From the NCBI RefSeq assembly GCF_004010195.1, contig NC_057716.1, positions 19,011,429 through 19,075,428 on the forward strand: a stretch of DNA of 64,000 bases. Reading direction: 5' to 3'. This document shows, one piece after another, positions 51,573-63,571 of this stretch. Source of the DNA: Chiloscyllium plagiosum (lineage: Eukaryota). A program made the position numbers and the translations under genes. Numbering within the stretch: position 1 is the first letter of the stretch; the number at the start of each line of letters is the position of its first letter. The notes beneath the pieces are model-generated. The model saw only the letters and a program-made list of their open reading frames with translations, had not been told where the DNA came from and did not search any database.

Positions 51573-51751
51573 AGCCACTAGCTACAGGATAAAAACAATG
51601 ACTGCAGCTGCTGGAAACCAGATTCTGGATTAGTGGTGCTGGAAAAGCACAGCAGTTCAGGCAGCATCCAAGGAACAGGACCTGTTCCTCGGATGCTGCC
51701 TTACCTGCTGTGCTTTTCCAGAACCACTCTAATCCAGAAGCCACAAGCTAC
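51573..51751. mobile_element. Family B-related mini palindrome nested in the large PLE, 13-bp TSD (1 mismatch)
   Basis: agccac(t/a)agctac at 51573-51585 and 51739-51751. Arms tctggattagtggtgctggaaaagc...gaacagg and cctgttc...ccactctaatccaga with a 1-nt loop. Confidence 0.85.
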
Positions 51752-53135
51752 GGCAAATCCAAAGCCTACAGGAATGGTTCTCCCTCTGGATCCTCCACTC
51801 CATGCTTGCAGCCATGCGCCGCCACCTGCTTCCTCTGCAGTCAGCTCTGTCCAATTCAGAGCCAGATTTGCTAAGAACAGCACAGGTTCCTGAGAAGAAT
51901 CCACACTCTCAATAATTGCTTGTTGTCCAGCTTTTCAGACATCAAGGAACAGCTTTCATGTGCTTACCTCCAAACTCAGGATTCCTCGTTCATTCCAGGA
52001 CTTCCGCCACCATGGATGCTAACAAATGCACTGCTTCTGCCCCCTGACCCCCATGGTGTGCATCACTTCCTTTTGGTGACGTCACACACGATACCAAGAC
52101 CACACCCACTCCAGAGACGATCTCCGCACCCACTACCAACTCCAGCTCTACATCAGGTCCTAGCTCCCACCCTGCCATGTTTTTACTATCCCCCTCGCAA
52201 CCTTTCCCACACATCAGATGAATGATGACTCCTCAGGAAAAGCCATGCCTTCATCCCATCACACTACACTCCCAGATCAACGACTTAACATGCGTCGAGA
52301 CATTGAATTTTTCTTCTGCCACTTTTGCCTCTGCCTCTGTGTTTGCATTTTCCATTAGAACTCCCAGTCACCCTCCAAGGGTCCCTTCGCGCACCTCCAG
52401 CATACTCCATCCACTTAGACACCCCGTGCTAGTCTGTTACCCACCCTTGATCTCCAGCTCCAACTGCCATCATGACATTGACACCTCAACCTGTCCACCC
52501 TTCTCTTGCACTCCAACCTCTCACCTGCAGCCTACCACTCGCTCTGCTCCAACCCAACCTCACCATCAAACCAGTGGACAAGGGGCGGTTGTGCAGTGGT
52601 AGTTTGGCACACCGACCTGTACACAGCTGAAGCTAAGCACCAACTCACGGACAGCTCCTACTGTCCCCTTGACCACAACCTCTCCTTCCATTACCAAACC
52701 ATCTCCCAGGCCAGCCTCTACCTCTTCAACCTCAGGGGATCTCCCATCCACAGCCTCCAACCTCATAGTCTGGGAACCCTGCACCACCTGGTTCTAACTG
52801 TTACCCAGAATTCACTAACCTGACAGCCCTGTTCAACCCATCGTCTCCACCTGCTCTTTCTCCACCAAACTTATCTCCTCATACCATGACACTGGTCTGC
52901 CCCTCTTGGTCCAGGATCCCCGCATACATTTGGAACACCACCTACGCCTTCATCGTCATCATGGACATCCAGTCCCTGTACACGTCCATCTGCCATTACA
53001 GTGGCCTCCAAGCCCTTGAAGCTGGAACCAGTACCCTTCCACCGACACACACTCATTTGACTGGCTGAACTGCTCCTCATCCTCAACAATTGTGCCTCCG
53101 AATCCTCCCTCTTCCTTCAGACCAAAGGGGTAGCC

Positions 53136-53969
53136 ATGGGCACCCACATAGAGCCCAACTATGCCTGTCTCTTTGGATGCGTGGAACAGTCCATCTTCCA
53201 CAGTTACACTGGCACCATTCCCCACCTTTTCCTCCACTACACTGATGACTGTATTGATGCCATCTCATGCTCCCACGAGGAGGTTGAACAGTTTATCAAC
53301 TTCATGAACACCTTCCACCCTGACTTCCAATTCACCTGGACCATCTCGGACACCCATCCTCCCCACCCCCCGGATCTCTCCATCTCCATTCTGAGCGACC
53401 AACTCAACACTGACATCTACTGTAAACCCATTGACACCCCCAGCTACCTGGACTACACCTCGTCCCACCCTACCTCCTGTAAAAACGCTATCCCTCACTC
53501 TGAATTCCTCCATCTCTGCCGTATCTGCTCCCAGGAGGACCAATTCCACTCTAGAATATACCAGATGGCATCCTACTTCAAGGACCGCCACTCCCCTCAC
53601 ATGGTTAACAATACCCTCCAGTGCAATTCCTCCATTTCATGCATCTCCAAACAAGGACAGACCCCCCCTTGGTCTTCACCTTCCACCCACCAACCTCCCG
53701 GATGCAATGCATCATCCTCCACCATTTCCACCACCTATAGTTGGACCCCACTACCAGAGATATATTTCCCTCCCCTCCCCACTCCTTTCAGCATTCTACA
53801 GAGATCATTCCCTCCAGGACACACTCTCTCATTAAGTCTGCACCCTCCACTCCTGGCACCTTCCCATGCCACCACAAGAGGTGTAAAACATGCGTGCACA
53901 CCTCCGTCCAAGGCCCCAAAGGATCCTTCCACATCCAGCAGAGATTTTTCTGCACCTCCAACTATCTGA
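53136..53969 (+). pseudogene. Longest surviving frame of the PLE reverse transcriptase (palm/thumb)
   Basis: 277-aa ORF whose first ~160 aa are PLE RT; frameshifted afterwards. Confidence 0.8.
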
Positions 53970-56249
53970 TCTGCTGTGTCCGTTGCTCTTGATGTGGTCT
54001 CCTCTACGTTGGGGAGACAGGATGCCAGCTTGTGAAACGTTTCCGAGAACATCTGAGATACACGCACCAAACAACCCCACAGCCCTGTGGCTGATCACTT
54101 CACTCCAATTTTTCCTACCGCTCTGCCAAGAACATGCAAGTCCTGGGCCTTCTCCAGCGCCAAACCCTCACCACCTGACACCTAGATGAAGAACGTCTCG
54201 TCTTCCGCCTTGAGACCCTCCAACCACATGGAATCAATGTCAATTTCACCACTTTCCACATTTCTTTCCCCCCCCCAAGCTTATCAAAGATCCAACCCTC
54301 CAACTTGGTGCCGCCCTGTTGAACTGTCCTACCTGTCCATCTTCCTTCCCACCCTCCACCCTCCACTCCGATCTATCACCATCACCTCCCCCACCTTCAT
54401 TTACCTATCGCATTCCTAGCTACCTACCCCACCCCTCCCATTTATCTCTCAACCTCCTTGCCCTTCCCACCTCCAGATGCTGTCTGACCGGCTGTACTTT
54501 TCCAGCACAACACTTTTTGACTCTGAATAAATGGCAGCAGTCTACTTGACTTTCTAATCACCTGCTGTACCTGTAGACGAACGTTTTCTGACCCTTATTA
54601 GGATACCCAGATCTACCTGTAGTTCATATTCAACCTCTCCCCATCTAAATCTGGTAACTTTCCAATTTTCCTGTCAAAAGTGGAATATAACATGGGATGT
54701 GAACTTGTCGATCTGTAAAATATTTACTTACTGACTCAACTTCTCTGTATCCCTCTTGCAGACTCTTTGCTTCATTTTCGCAACTTGCTTTCTCACCCAT
54801 CTTGGTGCAGTTTGTAAATTTGGTTTGCCTATATTCATCCTGACCTCCAAATCATTAAAATGAGATGTAAATAGTTGAACCCTCAGCATAAACTCTTGTG
54901 ATACTAGAGTAGTTACATTTTACCAACCATTTGCCCTTATTCTTTAGTCTTGTTAACTAACCAGTCTTATCTATGCTAATATATTATGCTTTACACTATG
55001 AGCCTTTGTGTGGTAACCTTTAATGTCCCACCTTCTCGAATGTCTTCTGGAAATCCAAGAACACCACATCTGTATGTTCTCCTCCATCCACTTTGCTTGT
55101 TATGTCTTGAGTTTGATAAACACTATTTCTCTCACTGCTTGATCATGTTTTACTGCTAATTATCTGGCTTCAGCTTCTTTAATGATCGACTCCAGCAATT
55201 TTCCCCTCACATACTAGGCTGATTGGCCTCTAATTACTTGATTTTTGCATCCCTTAATTTCTGAATAATGGCATTTCATTTGCTATTTTCCAATCTGCTG
55301 AGACATCAAGACTATGGAAATTTGAAAGATCATAATGTCTCTACCATGTCTTCAGCTACTTCTCGAAAGTTTTGACTACAATGACATCCTAAATCAATGC
55401 AAAAAAAAAAGATTCCCTTTCATTAGCTCAAGGATGGCCTCAATAATGGAAGATGTGGAGAGTAAGAAATTTGCAAAAAAAAAATTCCAAACATAAATGC
55501 AACTTGAGAGAAGACTTTCACAGAAAGCTGATCTTGAACAGTAATCAATTGTTGAGGTTTCTTTGACCTTTTGAAATTTTCTTGCAACTTGAGTGTAATG
55601 GCGGGATCATTGATTCTTGTCTGAAGTGGATTGGTGAGTGCTGATCAGGTGCAGTTGACTTTAGTGGAACGTAATGTATTGTTCTTGTATGCCACATGGA
55701 AATGCTTCACTTCAGACTGTGAACTATCCTTTTCCGAAAGGATGACATGAAATCATCCAGTGAGTTGAATGTGACTTTAATTGAATTGATTTTTTTTTTG
55801 TTTGTCAAATAAAGGATAGATGGATTAGTTTTATTCACCCAAAGAGCACTGCGATCTTTCTTTGTATTCTGTTTTACATTAACCTTTGCTTCTGATTCCC
55901 CAAACCAGCAGGATAGAAAGTACTTAAAAAGTAAAGATCTAATGAGCACACTGGGAAAGATGAGGAGATAACAAATAAAATCTCTTCTAAACATGTAAAA
56001 ATGTTATCCCTTAACCAAAAGTCTTTAAAGAAAAAAATTGTTTTGTCGGTGCAATAGGGATTTGACTTGCATGCAAAGTACTTACTTAGTATCCATCTTC
56101 AGAACAGAGGCTGATTCTACCAATGTCAATAAACGAGGGAGGTATAGAGAAGGTTGGATGGAATAATAGTAAAGGGGGGCACTTAAATGGTTGGCAGCAA
56201 TCCAAGTAGAAAACCTACTGTTTTTGATGGGATGCATCTGAGAGCGCTG

Positions 56250-58125
56250 AGGAAAATAAGAGTGAAAATTGAAGATTCTAACTACAACTATCCAATCATC
56301 TTTGGATGTTGTTGTGCTGAAGGAGGACAGTGACAAAAGTTAAAATCCTGTTCACATAAAGAGAATAGGATGAACTTATTAACATTTTTGACCGTAAACT
56401 TGGGGGGATAAAGTGCCACTTGGGAAAGCCATGGGTTTATAAATGACAGTAATGCATATTTGTTAAGCACATAATATCTGACAAACTTGACAGAGGTCTT
56501 TGACGTAGCCAAGAGGGTTGATGAGAGTTGTGTGATTGATTTTCACTTGGATTTTCAAAAGGTGCTTGAAGTACAGTAAACCTTACGGAAAAATGAAACC
56601 TGTGAGATTAGGGGGACAGTGAGAAAATTGATTAAAAATCAGAAATGTGAGAGTTGCAGCATATTGTTCGAATGAAGGGAAGGATGTTACAGTGTGTCTC
56701 AGGAGGTAATATCATGGGCCACTGTTTTGTATGTATATTTATGGCCAAATCCAGGGGTCACATTTCAAGGGTGTGAGGATGTTGACCATTTAGGATGCAG
56801 ATCAGGAGAAATTTCTTAATTCAGAGTGCAGAGCCAGGGAATACTGTCATAGAAAGCAGTTGAAGCCAAAACATTGAATGTTAGATATAGCTCTGAGGGT
56901 TAAAGAGGTCAAAGGGTATGTGGGAATAAAGTATGGAGTTGGATGATCGGTCATTATCTCGTTGAATGGTGGAGCAGGTTCAAAAGGCTGAATGACCACC
57001 TGTTGTTTTCTGTTCCTGTGTTTGGCATGAACTTGGTTACACAGGACAACGTTTCAATGTTTGCAGATGTCTCGAAACCCTAAAAATATAATGAACACCT
57101 GAGGAGGATAATATAGCAGACTGAGTGCTGAGGCAAATGACAGATGCAATTTGCTGCATGGAAATGTGTAGCATTTTGGCAGAGCATAAAGGTGAAGAGG
57201 TTGTGTAAATGTTTTATGAATTGCTTCAGCAACTCCACAACCATCTTCCCAAGTGTGCCAGGAGTATGGCTCCAACCAGAGAGTTTGTCCCCAATATCCA
57301 CTGAATCAAGTTTTGCTTGTGCTCCTTGATGCCACACACATTACTTTGACTGGAAGAAGAAGTAAGCATGTTATCTACAATGATGAGTGATTTGCAGAGC
57401 TCTGAGATACATAGGGATCTGGATGTTCTGATTCATCAAAATTCAGTATGTGGGTGCAACAAGTAATTGAAAAAGCTAATGGAATGTGATCATTTATTGC
57501 AAAGGGAATTGAACACAATTGTACTTGCTGTCGATGCAATCAGAATTGGAGTGTGGTGTATAGTACTGGTGCCCTTATTTAAGGAAGGATCTATGTGCAT
57601 TGGAAATGGTTAGAGAAGCTTTACTCAACTAATAACTGAAGGATTGGTTGTCTTACTAGGAAAGGTTTCGCAGGCTAGGCTTGTTTTTGCTGGAGTAAAA
57701 GAGTACGGCATACTTTGATTGAAATACATACAATCCTGAGCGGGCTTGAAAGGGTTTGTGTGGAAAGGATATTTACCAGCGTTCACTGTTTCAAAATGAG
57801 GGGTGTCGATAGGGTAGACATGAATAAACCTTCCCCTCCATGGAGGGATCAGTGACAGAGGGGCATAGATTTAAGGTAAAGAGCAGAAGGTTTACAGAAG
57901 ATGTGGGGAAATCTTTTAGACCTGGAACTCACTGCCTGTATTGTTGTTCGAGACAGAAACCATCATAACATTTAAGAAGCGTTTGACTGGACACTTGTGA
58001 TGCCAAGATATACAAGACAATGGGCCAATACCTGGAAAATGGGATTAGAAGTTGGGTGCTTGTTTTTAACCAGAGAGGATGCAGTTGGCCAAAGGGTCTT
58101 TTTCTATGTAGTTGATCTCTGTATG
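56250..58125 (+). mobile_element. Cluster of decayed CR1 fragments (RT part plus nested 3' ends at about 56790-57020 and 57805-58125)
   Basis: LDFQKVL, WCPYLRKD and LIETYTILSGLE motifs; CR1 3' UTR-like gttgaatggtggagcaggttcaaaaggctgaatg. Confidence 0.65.
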
Positions 58126-59819
58126 TGGGACATCCAAAAGCCCTTTGTCGTCAGTGCATTTAACATGCAATCTCTGTTGTAACGCAGGAAAAATTTGAGC
58201 ACTGCAAAGTCCCTTAAATGCATTATAAAAATGCCCAGATAACTTGTTTTAGTGAGTTTAGTTGAGGGATACATATTTATGAGAACCAAGGGACAAGTTC
58301 CCAGTTCCTTTTCGAAATAGTTCTTTTGAATCTCGTTTGTACATCTGGAAAAAAAAACTGTTTAATGTCTCTTCCAAAAGTTGGCACCTCTTGCAGTAGT
58401 AACTCTCAAATAGCCAATGTTCCAGGAGAGAGAGCAAAGAAAGTGCTTCAAATACACTCTGTTGCATTTCAAGTAGAGCTTCATTGACCTTAATGACTGG
58501 AAGGAGTTTGCTTTCAACATTCAGAATGGTAACAACATTTTCGTCAAACTGCATTACACTTTGAGTCCCATTACTTGCAGTCAAGAGTCACAGCAGAAAA
58601 GGAAGCAAATTCTGCAGTCTGGATACCTGTACATCATGGGATGTTCTGTCCCATATTCCCAAAGATATGCAGGTTGAGAATCAGCCTGTCAAGTCACATG
58701 TAGTCCAGGATTGATTTTGAACTTCACATTTACTGGCAAAGTAACTCGTAAAATGTAACTGTCTGTAAATTGTTTTTAATCTTTCTCTTATTTTGTTGTC
58801 CAGTTGTTAAATTTTAATATTTAGCCTGTCTTTCCCTGAAATTGAATAAACATTAAAATCTTTGCCAGAGTGTAGACACAGTGATTCTCAATGAAACTGC
58901 CAGCTGTGTTCACTAAATAGATGCAGCTTTTTAAACAAACACTTCCAGTATAACATTCCTGGTGTTGAAATATAAAGATCTTCAATATATTTCTGCTTGA
59001 TTACAGCTGTTTGCTTTTGCCTGGTCGTAAAATTAGGAACCAAGGATAAAAATTAGGAACCAAAGATGGTTAAGCTGCATATAGTTTACATGGTTTTTTC
59101 AATAAATGAGAAATATGAAATGGTCTTGGAAATAAGGATACTATTTATATTTTTCAAGAAAATAAGCAAACCTAGATCACTACCATCTTATTTATATGGT
59201 TATCATATCTGTAATTATAAAAATAATGGAATGTTTTATAGGGAGCAAATATGAAGAATGCTGATAAGAAACTACTAATTGGGAACCAAAGAAGCTGTTT
59301 TAGATTTAGAAAAAAGGATTGAGAAGGAGAATAGCTCAACCTAACAAAACGGATGTTGAAGCCTCACAGTATGCGGTAGTGGCCTCAGGCTTGAGAAGGC
59401 TTTCAACAAAGTTCTGTATGGATAATTGTTAGACAAACTTAAGTCAGTGACTATCCCAGGTGAAGCTCAAGAGCTGAGTTAGGCTAGTTGAGAGAGAATA
59501 AGCTAGAGTATTGTTTGTCAGGGAGTCAGTTCAAGCTAGACATGAGAGATATACTAACTGATGGACAACCAGAAATTAGGACAGGCACATTTCTATTTAT
59601 AAAGGTACATTGACATAAAAATTGGTCAAATTCACAGATTTTATTAAAAGGTAAAGATTGAATAAAGAAAATGCAAGGATTAACATAAAAGAAATGGTGA
59701 TGCATGTAGTAATATTGAAGATGTAAGGGAGGGATGAGCAGCAATTGGCTCATTACTGATTATTTCAGTCACAAGAGGCGAACAATCAAAAAGCTAATCT
59801 ATTACTGAGTGAAAGAATC

Positions 59820-62220
59820 CAAAGAACTCTGCATGCTGGAAATCAGAAATTAAAATAGAAACTTCTGGAAAAACTCAGTAGGTCTGACAGTATCTGTGGA
59901 GAGAAAGCAGAGTTAACGCTTTCTGCCTAGTGATCTCCTTCAGAACTGCTTGTAGCTGGGAAAAGGTTGATATATATGCTGAAGATGGGGTGGGCGGAGG
60001 GGAAAGGAGTAAACAATAGATGGAGTTGGAGCTGAGAGAGAATGATCAACAGTTGGGTAGACCAAGGAATGGATAAAGTCAGCCTGGGAGAATCAACACC
60101 TTCTAATGGGGACATTTAATGGCTGATAATGGGTTGTTTGTGGTAATAGTCCATGTGCCAACATGGCTTTGTGTGTGGGATTTGGAGTAAGTTTATGGGA
60201 AGGTGCTGAAGCCCTAAAATTATTGAACTTGATATTGAGTCCTGAAGGCTGCAGGGCCTCCAAGAGGAAAATTAGACATTGTTCTTCCAGCTTGTGCTGA
60301 GCGTTGCTGGAGTATTTCAGCAAACCTGAGACGCAGATGTTCGCCACACACCATGTTATGTTGAACTGATAGGTAACAGGAAGCTCCGATTCATTTTTAT
60401 GGACAGAATTTAGGTGTTTTGCAAAGTGGCTGCTTAGTCTACGTTTCGTACCCCTCGTGTACAGCCAATCACATTGTAGCAGCGAATACAGTAGAGTAGA
60501 TTCAGTCAAATGCAGATCAATCACTGCTTCACCTGGAAGGTGCACCTGGAGTCTTAGGAGGGATGAAATAAACTGATAGGTGTTATGCCTACTGCAATTG
60601 TATGGCAAGGTATGGTGGGGCAGTGAAGTTGTGTTGGGAGTGGAGTGAACCTGGGTGTCCGAGAGCAAACAGTCCCTATGGAATGCTGGTGGCTTCTGGC
60701 TGGAGGTGGCAGAAATGGCAGCTTATGATCCTTTAATTGGTGATACTGGTGGGATAGTAAATGAGGGCCTGGGAAACTCTGCCACTATTGTGGGAGGAAA
60801 AAGAATGGGTGAAGTGTATGAGAGGGGTTGGACATAGTTGAAGGCTGTGGCAACCCTGGTGGTGGGGATTCCTTGGCTGAGGAAGAAGATGGATATTTTG
60901 CAGGGCCCCTTGTGAAAGCTGACAGATGCAACGGAGACTGGGAAGCTGGGAGAATGGAATAGAATCTTTACAGAAGGCAGGTTGTGAGGATGTATAGTCA
61001 AGACAACTGTGGGAGTTATTAGGTTTATAATAGGTGGCCAGTCTATCCCAGAAATGACAACAGATGTTGAGGAACGAAAGGGAGGAGTCAGGTGGACTAC
61101 CACCGGATGCATATTCCCCAACCATTCCTTGTTAGCATTCTGCTGGGACCATTTCCTCCTGGACACTTCTCCTCCACTCCAAATACCACCTCACACCCAC
61201 ACGGCATCTTCCCATGCAATTGCAGAAGGTATGACCATGCTCATTTACTTCATCCCTCCACACTATCCAAGGCTGCAAGTGCACCTTCCAGGTGCAGCAG
61301 CAATTTACCAGCACTCACTCAATCTAGGAGAAAGTGAGGACTGCAGATGCTGGAGATCAGAGTCGAAAGAGTGTGGCACTGGAAAAGCACAGATGGTGAG
61401 ACAGCATCCGAGGAGCAGGAGAGTCGACATTTCGAGCATAAGCTTTTCATCAAGAATCATTCTATGCTAATCTGGAATTGACTGGTCTACTCCTCAGATG
61501 CTACCTGACTGGCTGTGCTTTTCCAGCGCCACACTTTTTGACTCTTCACTCAATCTAGTCCATTTGTATTTGCTGCTTACAATGTGATTGGCTCTACGCT
61601 GGCGATACGAAATGCAGACTGGCCGACTGCTTTGCAGAACACCTATGTTCTGTCCACAAAAATGGCCCCGAGCTTCCTACTGTCTGTCACTTCAACATAC
61701 CACCCTGTTCTGTGGCCAACTTCACTGCAATGCTCCAGTAAAGCTCAGTGCAAGCTGGAAGAATAGCATCTCATTTTCTATTTGGAAACCCTGCAGCCTT
61801 CAAGTGTCCATATTGTGTTCAATAATTTTAGGACCTTAGGACCTGAGCACCTTCCCCAACCCTTACCCCAACCTCCACACATCAGACCTCGTCATCACAT
61901 GGGCTGCTACCACAACTATCCATTGTCGCCACTAATGGTCCCCATTCACAGCTATTAATTCTCCCAGGCTGATCTTTACCCATTCCTCTGTCTGCCTAAA
62001 TGTTGTTGTCTCTCTCCATCTCCACCTATTGTCTACTCCTTTCTCTTACCACATCTTGAGCATATTACCAACCTTTTCTTAGCTCCAATCAGTTCTGAAG
62101 AAGAGTTACTGGAACCGAAATGATTTCTCTGCTTTCTCTCTGCAGAAACTTCCAGACTTGCTGAGTTTATCTAGCATTTTCTGTTTTTATTTCATACCTT
62201 TAGCATTTGCCGTTCTTTGT
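59820..62220. mobile_element. Family D large fold-back PLE with GIY-YIG remnants in both arms
   Basis: The minus strand at 60093-61100 has the RT thumb (LDYTSSQPAFCKDSIPFSQL) and EN (LYTRGTKRRLSSHFAKHL..KLEEQCLIF). The plus strand at about 61100-61830 repeats the EN. The termini 59830-59960 and 62085-62215 are inverted and carry degenerate CTGAAGA..GAAA motifs. Confidence 0.8.
61315..61558. mobile_element. Family B mini fold-back element nested in the family D element, 13-bp TSD
   Basis: TSD tcactcaatctag at 61315-61327 and 61546-61558. Confidence 0.88.
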
Positions 62221-63249
62221 TTAACGTTAGGCTAGAGAATGACATTGCATTTCTGAATGACTCTCCACAGTTTGGTTACCAGTCTGCTGCTTGAATGCTG
62301 TATTTATTTCTGGTCACTGAAGCTTTAGTGAGATTCAAATCCTTGGAAGGGGTGTGGAGGAAGGCCATGTGTTTGGTCTCTTGATTCTTCAGTCTTGAGT
62401 CAAGGCCAGTGAAAGGAGGAAAGTGATAAAATGGGTAGATAAGGTACAAAATGAAATAGAAAGCATTGATTCTGAGCACTGTTTCAAGTTAATCCATGCC
62501 TGCAGGGCAAGGGGTGATGGATATGAACTGGGCAAAATCAAGTTCAGGACTCCCATCAGGAAATACTTTACATAAAGACTAATTACATACAATACCTTCA
62601 TGTAAGATAGTGAAGGCAAAAGCTATTCATCTGTTCACAAGGCCAGTTATTGCTGCGATGGTTTGATTCTAAGTGTTGTTACTGCGATGGGGATGTGAGT
62701 TTCCTAATCCTCACTTTCTCCTAATCTGTACATAATAAGACCATTCAAAAGCATGAGCTATCTTTGATTATTGAAAAAAAACTTGGTGAACGCTGCCAGA
62801 TGCAAATGGAGATGAGTTTTGAGCATTTTGCAGTAACAATCACAAATAAATCTTAGAAATTTTGCCATGAACAAATCTTTTGATGGTGTTGCACACAAGT
62901 TACTTGCCATGGTGATGGTAAATTTCATCTGTTATTAGTGTAGTTTATTATTGTTGATATTTGATTTTAAAAATATGTAGAATATATCCTCAGCCAGTCC
63001 CAGATGGGCATTTTGATGAACACTTGACCACTTGAGATACTGGACATGTACTGATTGATATCTGTGGAGCTTGAATAAAGACTTTGCAAAAGGAGAGAAA
63101 AAAAACTGCTTGTGAAAGTTCTTTGATTGTCTTCTTTGGAAGGCCAACCCTTTCTGACAGTTTACCCCCACCAAGCTGTTTTGCTAAAACTGACACGTAA
63201 AGCACTTTCCCTCAAAAAGACAATAAAGACCATACCCAAATGATACCGT

Positions 63250-63571
63250 GGGCGGCACGGTGGCACAGTGGTTAGCACTGCTGCCTCACAGCGCCAGAGA
63301 CCCGGGTTCAATTCCCGCCTCAGGCGACTGACTGTGTGGAGTTTGCACGTTCTCCCCGTGTCTGCGTGGGTTTCCTCCGGGTGCTCCGGTTTCCTCCCAC
63401 AGTCCAAAGATGTGCAGGTCAGCGGAATTGGCCATGCTAAATTGCCCGTAGTGTTAGGTAAAGGGTAAATGTAGGGGTATGGGTGGGTTGCGCTTCGGCG
63501 GGGCGGTGTGGACTTGTTGGGCCGAAGGGCCTGTTTCCACACTGTAAGTAATCTAATCTAATCTAATCTAA
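63250..63571 (+). mobile_element. HE1-type V-SINE, young full-length copy with (AATCT)n tail
   Basis: A-box tggcacagtgg, B-box gggttcaattccc, V-domain tgtggagtttgcacgttctccccgtgtctgcgtgggtttcctccgggtgctccggtttcctcccacagtccaaaga, CpGs retained, and an aatct x4 tail. Confidence 0.95.

Larger units (their letters stand above)
51009..54539 (+). mobile_element. Near-full-length, decayed Neptune-type PLE (RT + GIY-YIG) with family B termini
   Basis: RT motifs GGCAVVVW..LYTAEA..QL.D, MDIQSLYTSI, AMGTHIEPNYACLF, HYTDDC and YLDYTSSHP..CKNAIP; linker CHHKRCKTC; GIY-YIG ..LYVGET. An inverted terminus at 51023-51180, then a direct terminus at 51195-51320, and a 3' terminus at 54260-54525. Degenerate TSD aataaatg(t/g)ca(a/g)ca at 51009 and 54526. 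Confidence 0.9.
50430..55360 (-). mobile_element. Old CR1 LINE (3' end 50430-51020, RT part 54545-55360) split by the large PLE
   Basis: LSYEER..., GVYRVDSERMFP in the 3' part. The reverse complement of 55025-55070 gives VVFLDFQKTFEKVGH (CR1 RT). Confidence 0.7.

Noticed and set aside
59028-59066. aaaattaggaaccaa tandem duplication (also 620-665)
   Set aside because: These are ordinary two-copy slippage duplications.
1314-62125. Strict strand bias against intact ribozymes on the + strand
   Set aside because: Several family B + copies are disabled, but intact + motifs exist at 5864, 19843, 36364 and 44367, and the numbers are too small.
63250-63325. tRNA gene
   Set aside because: The A/B boxes belong to a SINE head continuing into the V-domain and tail. 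The same applies at 48632 and about 3395.
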